Shown in pieces: positions 23,109 to 36,000 of a stretch of 64,000 bases of DNA. The stretch is from NCBI GenBank assembly GCA_030704615.1, contig CM060733.1, forward strand, positions 54,498,001-54,562,000. The letters run 5' to 3'. A program made the translations under genes and the position numbers. The first letter of the stretch is position 1. The number at the start of each line of letters is the position of its first letter. A model generated the notes under the pieces. That model was given only the letters and a program-made list of their open reading frames with translations, made no database searches and was not told the DNA's origin. This stretch comes from Takakia lepidozioides. Lineage: Eukaryota > Plantae > Bryophyta.

Positions 23109-24065
23109 CTCCTCATGTTTGTAAGGGAGGAAAACACCATAGCAACTTCTATGCTCTCTTTCTTGCAAAATGCTATCACTCGTAGCAGTTTTTCTTCTTC
23201 TTACCTCACCTGCCTCATATCACATCCATGTCTGGTTCACCGAAAGAGAAAAAGGGCACCCAACTGCGACCCCCCACTGCTATCACTCGTATCTCTTCCA
23301 TCACCTGGCTGCTCACATCCATGAACGAGGAAAAGGGCACCAAACTGCGACCTTGTGTGCAATATACTGTCATTCATACTTCCTCTTCTTCTTCCATCAC
23401 CTCGCTAGGCTTGTGTCACCCTCTCTCAGGTGGAATTCTGGTTCCCGAGAAGGAGAAGAGTAACAACTGCGAGCTGGTTCGCAAAATGCGATCCTCCTTT
23501 TCTTCTCCCACATCTGTTCCTTGACCGGGCACGTTTCACGATCTCCTACTTCTAAGAAGCAAGAAAAAACGGTCCTATCGACCAGTAGCACCAAGGCAGG
23601 TGGAAAAGCAAGGAAGACAACAGACAACAGGGCATTCATCCCGGTCTGGATCGGATGTGGACGGATCGCAGGCAGCAGTTAGGATATTCCGTAGAGAATG
23701 AATGGTGAATGGTCTTTGCATAGATGCCTGGAGCGTTCGAAATTGATATCCTGAAGAGAGATGCAAGACAACTGCAACCGTGACAGAGAATCTGTACCGG
23801 GGTTTGGGTTGGAATGCGAATCTGGGTAGAGTGGATAAGAAAGTGCTGGAGAATCGGGAGAGCGATAGAGAAGGGGTTGGAGACGAGAGGACGGGGGGCT
23901 GGATACTTGGCCGCATCACAGAGATGCACTCGTGAGAGAAGTAATGTGTAGTATTTAGCTGTGGGTGTTGGAGTGCAGGAGAGGAATATTTGTGTGTGAG
24001 ATTGAGAGACGGAGGGAGGGAGAATGGGGTGTCTATTGCAAGCGGACCAATGCGGGAAATTTGCA

Positions 24066-25109
24066 ATGTATACATCAGCTCCAGCTCCACAAGTTCGTCT
24101 TACAGCAACCATGGCTAATCTCCGCCCTCCCCTTTCCTCTTCCAGCTCTGAATCACGAGCATCCACAAGCCAGCGTTTGATATGCTCCATGAGTAGCTCA
24201 CCGGTTGTTTCAAGGAGTTCTATATGTAATGGAAGGAGAAGAGCCTCGTCACTATCATCATCTCGAGCTCCAGCATTGTGGATAGAGTGCAACATGGGTG
24301 ATTTCAGTCAGTGGAAACAGCCGAACCCAAGTAAGAAGAAATCCACAAATCCCTTGCTTGCACCTAAGGAGAAGAAGGATCAGAACACGGTGCGGCTGCC
24401 TGGTGGGCAGCAACAGCCCACATACGTAAGGCGTCTGCCTGGCCGTTCTTCGCCTCCGGGACTAGGACAATTCCGCCCACCCCACTTACCTGGCTCCAAT
24501 GTACTTCAAACAGAAGATGAAGCCCCTTTGGACCCCTCAAAAACAGGGGAGGCTGGCACATCCGCCGAGTCTGACATTGATACACTGTTACAGCAAGTGA
24601 AAGAATGCTCGGGGTCATGGCAAGAGAGAGCTGCTGCAATAACACAGCTGCAGCAGCATGGATTGGGAGCGGAGGAACTGTATGATGCAACGTTTGTGTC
24701 GGCCAGCGTGCAAACAACAATGGTTGTGGCTAGTAAAGTCTATGATTCACTGGTTCAGGCGAGCACCTCCACGGAGGTGCTCAGTGAATTTGACGAATCA
24801 ACGATCGACGTCTTGTATGCCTTACGAACCCTCTCCGTCCGGCAACGCAAAGCAGCAGCAGCCTATGTGGTGAACGGAGGCTTGGAGGTCGAAATAGCAC
24901 AGGAATTGGCACGGGCCATCAAAGAACATGAGCGCAGGCCTCAAGGACGTGAGGGCTTCACAGCAGCACCTGGAGACTGCCTTGCATTCATGCTGCATAG
25001 GGCTGCGGGTGAGACCAGAGATGCCGAGCAAAGAAACATCTTCATTCAACGTGGTTTGACTGTGGCTCTTTCCAATTCGGCCAAGAGCCGCTTCTCCGAG
25101 TTCGACTGA
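24066..25109 (+). CDS. RAF1-like: Rubisco accumulation factor 1-like protein, HTH + alpha domain only (no beta/dimerisation domain); putative plastid transit peptide
   Basis: Ser/Arg-rich N-terminus; QFRPP, GSWQE, VVASKVYDSL, VLYALRTL..RQRKAAA, AQELARAIKEHERRP...PGDCLAF; stop right after AKSRFSEFD. Single exon; start could be 24066 or 24111. Confidence 0.85.
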   Translation: MYTSAPAPQVRLTATMANLRPPLSSSSSESRASTSQRLICSMSSSPVVSRSSICNGRRRASSLSSSRAPALWIECNMGDFSQWKQPNPSKKKSTNPLLAPKEKKDQNTVRLPGGQQQPTYVRRLPGRSSPPGLGQFRPPHLPGSNVLQTEDEAPLDPSKTGEAGTSAESDIDTLLQQVKECSGSWQERAAAITQLQQHGLGAEELYDATFVSASVQTTMVVASKVYDSLVQASTSTEVLSEFDESTIDVLYALRTLSVRQRKAAAAYVVNGGLEVEIAQELARAIKEHERRPQGREGFTAAPGDCLAFMLHRAAGETRDAEQRNIFIQRGLTVALSNSAKSRFSEFD

Positions 25110-25800
25110 GGCCTTGGGTTCTATCAACTCTATGGAGCTTATGCACAAACTTCAATTGTGGTCGACTCTTAGGATAAGCCCTGGAGACTGAAATTTCTAT
25201 GCATACTTGGATTCTCGAGCATGAGAATTTTCCATGTTGTAAAGAGTGCTTGATGGATTAGGTTAAAGCTGGAGGATGTGTATTCAGAGAGATTATAACA
25301 ATTTTGTCTTTCACACGGATATTTTGTCAGCAGGTCGCATAATTACAGTGGGGACCAATGTTCAAACATTGATATGGCATCTGGCCTATGATGATGTCAG
25401 ACCCTTGGATTGGATATGAATACAGTCTTTGCAACTGTTCTCAAATCCTATGAGTGATGCAATTCCATGAAGTTACCTGTGGATCTGTCTACTGCTCGTT
25501 AGTAGTGCCAAACCATCTTTGGAATCAACATGCTCAGTTGGATGATTGTGTTCTCAGCCTCACCTTATTTATCGAAATTTGTCATGATCTCCAACTACCC
25601 ATTTACCCTCAAGCAAAGAAATGTCGAGTTTTACATACCCTAAGGGACAAGCAGCGGGATATGTTGTTTTCTCCTTTTAACAAGGATTGTACTTTTTCAT
25701 TCTGGCCTTCTCGATCTGAAGAGACCTTTTTGTCTGAATTTGATGCAAGTTCTCCCCAGGGTGGCTCACAGATTACGGCTTCCTGTTGGACTTCTTAAGA

Positions 25801-25875
25801 CTGTACTCATAAGACTTTCTTTGTCATAGCCTTGTGGTCACAGATCCCGCTCCCAGTTTTGACGGAAACATAGGG
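25801..25875 (-). mobile_element. 75-bp 3' tip of the same LINE with perfect 10-bp TSD
   Basis: Reverse complement of ...aactgggagcgggatctgtgaccacaaggctatgacaaagaaagtcttatgagtacag, flanked by cttcttaaga (25791-25800 and 25876-25885). Confidence 0.85.
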
Positions 25876-26499
25876 CTTCTTAAGAGCTGTTCAATGACAG
25901 TGATGGTTTGAAAGGGGACCTCCTGTTCAGTTGGTATTCCACTGTAGACCATTGTGGAAACTGGTGAAACAGGGATGATAGCCATTAATTTGCACGACTA
26001 GATCTACAGATCCTTTGGCTTCCAATTAACTTGGTCGATTTGACTCTAAACCTGAGCCCTGATTCATTTTGCCAGAGAAGGTCTATTTGGAATGGAGCTT
26101 CAGAGAAATTGAAGGTGTGTTGTATTGATTTCATACATGGTTTGCTAATACGTCTCTATGCTTGAAGTCTTGCATTTTTGGCTTGGGGATTTACAGCGCC
26201 AGAGCATGGAAGGGACATCGGAAGCACTGTCTGCTCAGAGGTTCCCTAAACTGGTATGTCCATCTTTCACGCCCTTCGCTCACCATGTAACCTTCACTTT
26301 GCCTTTTGTGCCTGGCTTTCCCCGCCATTATTCAGTATACACTGACAATGCCCAGCTAAATATGTTGCAGGCCAAACTCTGGCACAGGATGATGTGAACT
26401 CAGTCATGCATTCCATTATCTATTCCAGTATGCCTCTCCCCACGCCCTGCTTGTGTTGTGGTTTTCTTTCTCTCTCCCTAAAGCTCAGTAGATCACATA

Positions 26500-26830
26500 G
26501 TGAGGACATGCCTTTATGTAGGTGACTTCATCACTCTGCAGCTCACCACTCATTCCCTTCCTCTTGGTTTTGCTGTGCCCAGCTCTCCTTATTGGAACAT
26601 TGATCATCCACAATTGTAAGCACATATCAAACTGAACTGTCTGAACAATGGGGTTCAAGAATGACGGTGTATCTAACCATCGCAAATTCTTGATTTAAGC
26701 AGGAGATGTTTTCACATGCAGGTTGTCAAGAAAGATACCAATCCAAGCATACCCAGCACAACCTAGACCCTACATCTCTCCCTGCCATGGTTGTGATGCT
26801 GAGTCCTGCAGCCACAATGAGTCTCTGCTT
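26500..26830 (-). pseudogene. Possible highly decayed PLS-PPR relic
   Basis: Frameshifted fragments in PLS order: TQHHNHGRE (AGYxQHG.GREAL), QPACENISCLNQ (LPACANLAAL), PIVQTVQFDM (VxTALVDMY), LQSDEVTYIKAC (VQPDEVTY..LKAC). Confidence 0.35.
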
Positions 26831-27551
26831 CCGACTCTCTCTGCGAGGACATTGCTGCAATAGATCCCTGTAAGGAATCATTTCATAGCCCTCAAATGTG
26901 GTGGGATGACCGAATAGTAAAGGTTCAAGCATTTACTTGACTATTTCGACTACTAGAATTCTTAGTGTGAGTCCCCAGTTCTGTAATATTCACAGTGGGT
27001 CACTTCCTGAACTTGTAAGAAGGACCCAGAAGCAGTGTCAGTCTCCTTTTAAAGGAAGAGTGTCATCAAACCAATCAAAATTCTAAGCTTAACAAGACTG
27101 GCATGACCTCTAGCAATGGCTAGCTCTCCTTGACAGCAGATGATATAGGGCTCACAATTGGGCTTTCAAAACTTTGAAGGGCATCCTCTCTGGCTCAAAG
27201 TCTGATTCTATAATGTATACTAGGTAAGCTTGTGCCGTTGGCCCAAGTGTCCGGTGTCATCTAAGTCCAAGTGCAATGCCCCATGTATCCAAGTGTGACT
27301 CCTATGCTATGTCGAGGACCATGTGTGAAGAATTGAAATCGATATACTAAAATGAAGTTGGATGTTTGTTTAGTTACAACGAATGAATGAATGAACTAAT
27401 GTTTAAAGAATATTGTAAACATGAACAAAATGAGCAACAATGTAATGTGATTTCGAGAGAGTTGGAAGTTTATATTAATACTTCTGTATATACAATTATA
27501 TATTGAAAAAACAAATTTAATTTTCCCTGGATTTATTGAGTAGCAATATAT

Positions 27552-27705
27552 CCAATCATTGTTCCAGGAAAGCCCGCTTTGCTATTTTTCACAAATTTCC
27601 AGCGACCAAAAGTACTAAAATGAAAAACACTTGAAGATTGCCAATCATTGCTCTAGGAAAGCCCACTTTGCCATTTTTCACGAGATTCCAGCGATCAAAA
27701 GTACT
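27552..27705 (+). repeat. Tandem duplication, ~89-bp period
   Basis: ccaatcattg..ccaggaaagccc..ctttg..atttttcac..ccagcga..caaaagtact at 27552 and 27641. Confidence 0.8.
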
Positions 27706-28691
27706 TGAAATTCGATATCTCCCACACCATAGGTCCAAAAATATGAGACCGAGCCAGTGCACCCCTCCCATTGGCACCAAGCACTAGGGTTGGCCCCGCA
27801 GTTTAGGAGATCTCAACGACGCTACAAAACAAAAGAAACAAACTACCTTGCTTCATATATTGATACACTACGGCAAACCAAATCTCATTGATACATCAGG
27901 TAGGGGGGCTTATTCAGCTAGTTATTCTATTAAGTAATATAGCTATGGTTCATGTTTGGTCTTTTTTTTGGGGTCTTGTATGTGTAGAGCCCACTGAAGT
28001 AGGTACTAAGAGCATCCCCACCCTACACTGAACCCGACACGCCAATGGAATATCAGGGATATAAAGTTTCAAGGTGGGCAGGAAAACGTCCACACCCTTG
28101 CCTTGAACCCTATATCCCATGTGATGTCTAACGGAAGTTGGGTAGCACGTGAGCAGTCTCACGCCTCTGTGGGCCTGCTCACATGAGCAGAAGAGAATAT
28201 ACCAAAATATTCCTTGAAAGATGCGATAGCGAAACCCAAATGTGAAATTTATGCTCACGGGAGCACATTTCATTCTATTCCGCCCACGAAAGCATGGGTA
28301 CCGACATACCGCAATAAGCACATAACAATTCATTAGCGAAATAAAAAATCTCATGTCGTCTCTTATATGCAAAACCAAACACAACACATTTTGTTTTGCC
28401 CACATAAGCAACCTACGTAGCGATACCTAGAAATTTCGTTGGCGAAACCCATTATTTCGTTGGCAAAACCCGGTACCTTGATTTATTTCAATACCGAAAC
28501 TCGTTGTTTGCCTCATTATAATAAATTGTTCAATTTAGAGCATCCCCACCCTCGAGCCCAATAGACTCCCTGTAATGATAAAGAATCGATTCAGGCCCTA
28601 TTGGTGGCGGGGTAGCCCGACTCGCGCACATCCTAGCCCTGAATCGCCCATGCTATCCCCCGCGTAGCTCAGCTCCCCCATTCCCCTCTAG

Positions 28692-30010
28692 CGTTCCCAT
28701 TGGCAGGAGCCGGCATGGTCGCTGCCAAGCTCCTGACCCACGCTCTCTCACTTTGTGTTAGTCATGTTGACTTGTTTTCAAGGGCAGGTTCAGGCGAGAG
28801 AGATATTCAGTGCCCACCCTGAACGGGATATAATATTCAGGGTCAAGGGTGGGGACGTGTTCCAACCCATCTTGACACGATAGAGCGCTGTATTCCGTTG
28901 GCGTGTTGAGTTCAGTGTAGGGTGGAGATGCTCCATGGTACCACGGTACCTGCCCAAATACGACAATCTAACATGGCGGGGTCTTAAAAAAGGCCACGCA
29001 TGTCGCGCACCTCACTTCGGTAAGCTCCCCCCTCAAGTCATAGTTACTCGCTTGATGCGCGCGCCTAACTCCCAACCTGGCCGTCGGGCCAACTTGGAGC
29101 TTCGGCTGCTCACCGGGACATAACGGTCCCCCCTTGATCTCCCAAAGAACCCTCCAACGATTTAGAACCAGCGGAATTCCCTTTGGTAGTTGGCAGTCCG
29201 GAACAGCTCCCCACTCTTTGATCGCTTTCCGGCTCGCTCGCTTACTCACTAGCTTTTGGTCACCAACGGGCTTGCACCGTTCTCGGGGTTACTACTCCCT
29301 ATATATACTTCTGTAGCTGTCCGCGGGGGTTTCACAAACAACCATGCCATTTTATGGCGAACCACCACGAACACCCTCGACTCCCGGTGATGAGTCGCGG
29401 TGAGTCTTGGCCCACTCACCACGGCCCCTATGGACCGTGATGAGTCCCAAGACTCCCCACGACTCCCACCACGAGGTCTCCGCCCCCAGGTGAGTCCTAT
29501 GTCACCCCCACTAAGTCCCGCTAAGCTACCACCACCCCTTGTGGAGCCACCCCCACCGCAACCCGGTGTGCGGGGCTCCACCTAGTGAGCGCCTCCGCCT
29601 CCTTGAGTGCTTTGGGCACTCAAGGGTGCTTCAGCCCCCCATACCTATCGCTGCCACTGCCCCCACCACAGGGGCAGCCCCTCTTGTGTCCCGACCCCCT
29701 GCCCTCAAGGCAACGGGCCGCGACAACGCAACTTGCTCCACGATTGCCTCAGCCCCGGTAGAATTGATGTAGACCGCGCCACAAATTTGCCTCCCCCACA
29801 GACTTCGCCAACCGCTGTACATTAAATTTGTGAGGTCAAGAGATATAATGTCATTGGTCAACGTTCCCATTGGCAGGAGCCGGCGTGGTCGCTGCCAAGC
29901 TGCTGACCCACCTTTAGCCCAAACCCATCACTTTCCAACCCTCTCACTAGGGGTTGGTCACATTGACTTGTTTTCAGGGGCAGGTTCAGGGCCCAGAGAG
30001 ATACTCAGTG
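28692..30010 (+). repeat. Two copies of an unclassified ~120-150 bp repeat (28692-28812 and 29862-30010), in the host sequence of the chromovirus insertions
   Basis: cgttcccattggcaggagccggc..ggtcgctgccaagct..ctgacccac...ttgacttgttttca..ggcaggttcagg..agagata.tcagtg present twice. Confidence 0.8.
29001..29725 (-). mobile_element. Solo LTR (725 bp) of the chromovirus family
   Basis: TGTCGCG...CGCGACA termini; perfect 5-bp TSD ACGCA (28996-29000 / 29726-29730); colinear with the LTR at 30011-30737. Confidence 0.95.
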
Positions 30011-33000
30011 TGTCGCGCACCTCGCTTCGGTAAGCTCCCCTTCAAGTCATAGTTACTCGCTTTGATGCGCGCGCCTAACTCCCAAACTGGCCGCCGGACC
30101 AACTCGGAGCTTTGGCTGCTCACCGGGACATAACGGTCCCCCTTTACTCCTCCACAAGACCCTCGCTCAATTTGGGCCTAGTGGAAATTCCCTTTGGTTG
30201 CTGGCAGTCCGGAATAGCTCCCCACACCTTGATCGTTTTCCGGCTCGCACGCTTACTCACTAGTTTTTGGTCACCTTGAACGGGCTTGCATCGTTCTCAG
30301 GGTTACTACTCCTTATATATACTTTTGTGACTGTCCGCGGGGGTTTCACAAACAACCCAGTCATTTTATGGCGAACCACCACGAAGACCCTCCATTCCCG
30401 GTGATGAATCGCGGTGAGTCTTGGCCCACCCACCACGGCCCCATTGGACCGTGATGAGTCCCAAGACTCCCCCCGACTCCCACCACAAGGTCTCTGCCCC
30501 ATGGTGAGTCCTATGCCACCCCCACTAAGACCCACTAAGCTACCACCACCCCTCGTGGAACCACCCTCACCGCAACCCGGTGTGTGGGGCTCCACCTAGT
30601 GAGCGCCTCCGCCTCTTGAGTGCCTTGGGCACTCAAGGGTACTTCAGCCCCCGTACCTATTGTTGCCACTGCCCCCACCACAGGGGCAGCCCCTCATGTG
30701 TCCCGACCCCCTGCCCTCAAGGCAAAGGGCCGCGACACACACCCCTACCAACAGGGAGTCGATGTCCTCATCGACTTGTCCATTTTGTAGAAACTAATAT
30801 CCAAGTTGTGGCGTCCTACATCAAGGAGTTTGTTTCCGTACCATGGCGTCCCATGAAAAAGAACCAAACCCCCCACTTGACTCTACTCTCCACTAGCTAG
30901 TTCGGCCGACTTCCTCCAAGTCCCGGCCAAGGGTGGAGCCTCTCAAGCTCCACCCAGTGCACTCTTCTTGGCCCACTTCAAGGCCAAAGAATGATCCTCC
31001 CCGAGGATCGAATTGCCTTACTGCAACAACATTGTTTGCGACCGCTCATGATGCCGCTTTTGGCATCACCTTGAGCAAGGGTTCACGTTGAACCCTTTTT
31101 TACTAGGAAGATAACCTTGAACCAACCGCGCGCCCCAATCACTACAATTGGGTTCGCCTTGGAATGTTGGCCTGAGGTACGGGAACACGCCGAAGCCGCA
31201 CTACGACTTCGTCCCGAGGTTACACGATTATAGTACGTGAACGGAAGCGCGTAGCTTCCGCGTTAATCCGCACTACAAGACAACCCCCTCGGTAGCGTAG
31301 TTATAGTACACGCACGCGCCAGGTGCGCACTAGCACGTGAACTCCCAAAAAAACGCAAGTTCCTTGCCCCTTGGATGGGAGTCACCCGATTTCGGCACTG
31401 CGCAAACACACGATTAATCCAATTTACCTCTCCCACTTTTGTAAGCATGCATCTTACACACTAGCCAACCATACCATGCATCACCATTCCAAACAAAATA
31501 GGAAGCACAACATTTGGAAACCATTTCATTTATAAACAAAATTTGTGCAACACAAGTTTTTGCAATCGGATTCTTGAGCTAGCTAAACCGGACTAAGCAT
31601 GCATTTCCTCCCCCATGATCCAAGGTTGATGTCCCCATCAACGCATCTTCTGCTTTTGAGGTCGCCCTTCAAAAGCTGCAACCGCCTCGGATGCGTTTCC
31701 CATTTCTGAGGCACACACCCAAGTTGTCTTCACTTGTTGATAGCGCTTCCATTTCACGAGATACTTTGTTTTTCGATTCTTGAAATTCCTCGACTTAAGC
31801 ACTGCCTCCACCTCGTACTCAGGTTCATTTTCATGATCCAACAGCATAGGTGGCGGACGCAACACTTGATGCCGATTCGGACGCGCTTCATCTTTGAAGT
31901 ACGGCTTCAAAAGGGAAACGTGGAATACCAGATGCACCTTGTTGTTTGCCGGCAGCTCCAATTCATACACATCATCATTCATAACCTTCCAGATGCGAAA
32001 GGGCCCCGCATACGGAGCTACAAACTTCGGACTCACTTCTGGAGGTAGTCGAAAATTCTTGATGTTCAACCAGACCTCCATGTCTGCCTCAAACTTAACT
32101 TCCCTCCGATTCCGATTCGCGTGTCATTCATACCGTTTCCTAGCTTTGGCAATTTTGTACTTTGCGAGCTCCAACAAACGCACGCGTTCTTCCAGCACCA
32201 CTACTGCTGCCAGTTCCTCAACGTCCTGGGCGGCCCAACTTGTCGGCACCAAAGGTGCTTTTCCATAGATCAATACAAAAGAAGAAACTCCCGTTGCGGA
32301 GTGTTTTGTGTTATTATAATAGAACTCTGCCGCATCCAAAAGCTTCACCAAGTCTGATTGGTCTGCCGACACATAATTCCGCAAGATCTGCTTCACCACG
32401 GAATTCACTCTTTCCGTTTGGCCGTCCGTCGTAGGTCGGAAGGCGGTGCTCATCTTGAGCCTCGTCCCCATTTTCTTCCAAAGTGCCCTCCAACATTTAC
32501 TTGTAAACTTTGGATCGCGATCCGAGACAATATCCTTCGGAAGTCCATGATGCTTGAAGACGTGGGCGAAGTAAAGTCACCTCGTCTCCTGCGCCGTTGC
32601 CGTCTCTTTGGTGGGAATGAAATGGCCCATTTTACTGAACCTATCCACTACCACCATGATTGCATCGAATCATTTTGACAGCGGCATAACAGTCATGAAA
32701 TCCATCGAGACACTTTCCTAAAACCCCTCTGGAATCGACAAGGGTTGTAACAGCCCCGCTTGCTTTTAGTTCTCGCTCCGGTTTTGTTGGCATGTGGTGC
32801 ATGTCTTGACATACTCCTCGGCCTCCTCCCTCAGTTTGGGCTAGAAATACTCTTTCTTCAAGAATGCCGCGATGCACTTGGCTCCGTCGTGGCCCGCAAG
32901 CGGGCCATCGTGGCATTCCCTCAAGAGACTATCTCTGATCCCTCCCTTCGGCACGTAGAGGCGATTTTGCTTGTACCAGAGCAGTCCATTGTGCAAGTGG

Positions 33001-36000
33001 AACTGCGATTAACCCCCATCCTCAAGTCCCACATCACGGACTTCGCCATCTCATCCTTCCGGTAAGCCTTCCGGATCTTCATTTGGAGCGTCGTCTCGCC
33101 CCTGTACACCAACTGAGCTGTTGCTTTCTACTTAAAGCATCAGCCACCACATTGTCTTGTCCCAGTTTGTACTAGATATCCATGTCGAACACTGCCAAAG
33201 TGTCTTGCCACCTAAGTTGTTTTGGGGACAACTTATGTTGTGTGGCAAAATACTTCACCGTGACATTGTCCGTGAACACCTTCACCGGGTTGGAACCAAC
33301 ATAGTGGCGCCAAAGCTCAACGCAATGCACCACCGCCTTCATTTATTTCTCGTGTGTAGGCTACCGTCGCTCCACTTCATTCAGTTTCTTATTTTCGTAA
33401 GCCACTATCTAGACGTCCATCCTGCATGAGCACACCCCCAATTGCGAAGTCCGATGCATCTATATGAATCTCAAATGCACAGTCGAACTCCAGGATTTTC
33501 AAGATTGGAGCTTCTGCCATCCGTTGCTTCAACTCGGCAAAAGCTTGGCCACAAAAGGTATTCCATACCCATACCTTGGACTTATATAGAAGGTCTGACA
33601 TTGGCCCCGCGATCTTGGCGAAATTTCTCAAATACTTTCGGTAATAGGAGGCGAATCCTATGAATGATCGCACTCCCGGGACCGAAGTCGGAGGCTCCCA
33701 GTCCAAGATCGCCCTCACCTTTCTGTTATCCATTTTGATCGCATCCTATGTCATCACATACCCTAGGAACTCCACTTTTGTGACCTCGAATTTGTACTTT
33801 GAAACTTTTGCACACAGCTTCCCTTCCCACAATTTCTGGAACATCCTTTTGAGGTGCTCCAGGTGCTCTTCCTTTGTTTTAGAGTACACCAAGATGTCGT
33901 CGATGTACACGATCACAAAGTCATCCAACCACTCTTGGAAAAGGCTGTTCATTAGTGTGCTAAAGGTCGCGGGTGCGTTGGTGAGCCCAAAAAGCATCAC
34001 CAAGAACTCATATGAACCATATCTTGTCCTACACGCGGTCTTCTCCTCATCTCCTTCCGCCACTCGGATTTGATGGTAACCTGAACGCAAATCGATCCAG
34101 CTGAAATACTTTGCTCATGCCAACCGATCGAAGAGGTCGTCGATCCTTGGCAAAGAGTACCGGTTTTTTATAGTCACCTTATTCAGCGCCCTGTAATCGA
34201 TACACATCCGCAACGTCCCATCCTTCTTGTCTGCGAATAGCACCGGGGCTCCGTAAGGTGACTTACTCGGCCGGATGTACCCTTTTGACATTAGATCCTT
34301 GAGCTGGGCCTTCAGCTCGACCAACTCTCTGTGGCTCAACCGGTAGGACGCCTTGAAAGGCGGCTCCGATCCCGGTATCACCTCTAACTTGTGGTCAACT
34401 CCTCTTCGCGGTGGCAAGCCGCTTGGTAAATCCTCCGGCATCACATCCTGGTATTTCTCCAGGATCCCCTTGATCCAATCTGGGCTTCGCTCCCTATCGA
34501 CTTCTCCTTCCACTTGTCTTACATAAAGCAAAAATTGGGGCTCGTGTGGCTCCTCCACGGCCCACTCATTTGCTGACAACAGGTTTATTCGCCCTCCCAC
34601 TCGGTTGGGCGTTTCCGATACCCGTAAAGCTTCCCCACCATTCCCACATGATAGCGTGACTATTCTCTTGCGGCCATCTATGACCGCTCCGGATTTGCTC
34701 AAAAAGGTCATCCCCAAAATGAAATCCACTCCATCGATCTCGCAAATGGTGAAGTTTTCATGTCCCTCCCAACTCCCGAGCTGAAGAGGAACATCAAACG
34801 CCAACCTCGTCGCCAATTGTGGTTCTCTTTTGGCAGAATGCACTTCAATAGAAGTCCCCACATCACTTGTCGGGAGCCCCAGCTTCCGTGCCGTTGCCGG
34901 TGTCATAAAGGAGTGCGACGCTCCTGTATCCATCAACAACGACACGTTAGTTCCGAAAATTATCCCACTCACGAACATTAACTGACTCCCTTTACGCAAG
35001 GGGCCAGTCTCCTGATACGACTCACAAGAGTAGTTGCCTACCTTGCAAGTCTTGGCAACCACCGCTTCCACCAAGTGGCTGATGGAATCTTCAGACAGCT
35101 CCGTGGTCGCCCAAGTCATGTTCAATTGTCGGGGTTTTGCGCACTTCTTGGCCATGTGCCCGGGCTCCCCGCAATTAAAGCACACTCCATCGAAGGTCGC
35201 CTTCTGTCCGCCATAAGTCGCCGCACCCGATTTTCCTTTCGGAGCACCGAGTGTCGCCTCGACGTGTGAAGGCCTTCCCTTCGATTTCCATGTGCCATTG
35301 TTGCCGCGTGGCCTATCCCACTTCTTTTCCGGTCGGAAAGAGTCACCCTCCCGCCGGATCTTCTTGTGGTTCAGCTCTGTATGGCCTTGTCTTTCGCCCC
35401 TAGGGACATCCGAGAAACATTCAGCCCTTTCAATTGTCTCATTCAAAGTCTTAGGTGGCTTCTCCTCCAACTTCCGCATGGCCCATGGGGCCAGTCCCGC
35501 CACAAAGTTGAAGACCATTTCTGGTTCTGCCATATCCGCGACTTTGAGTAACAGCACATTGAAAGCCTGAACATATCCCCGAATATCATCTGTTTGCTTC
35601 AAATTCCTCATCTTGTCCCAGAAGAGCCAGGACGCGTTGAGGGGCACAAACTGTCTTTTCATAAGTTCCTTGAACCCACTCCAGATCAAGGTTTCTGGGT
35701 TTGGACCTTGGTCATGAAGGCGTTTCTGCCACTATTGTTGAGCATAGCCCCTCAAATAGGTGGGAGCCACTTCTACCCGATCCTCGTTACTCAACTTGGC
35801 CGCCCGGAAGTACTGCTCTAGCTCCAAGAGCTAGGTATTGAGTGCTTTCCGATTTCGGACGCCCTCGAAGGTGTCGGGTTCCTTAGGCTTCACCTTAAAC
35901 TTTGCCTTAGTGGAAGTGGCATTAGCCGCCCTCAACACATCTTTCAACATCCCACCAAACTCCGCCAACAACCCTTCCCAAAAGGTTGCTGGCATGGGAA

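Noticed and set aside
29249-30599. Twin Gly/Pro-rich ORFs
   Set aside because: They lie inside the two LTR copies.
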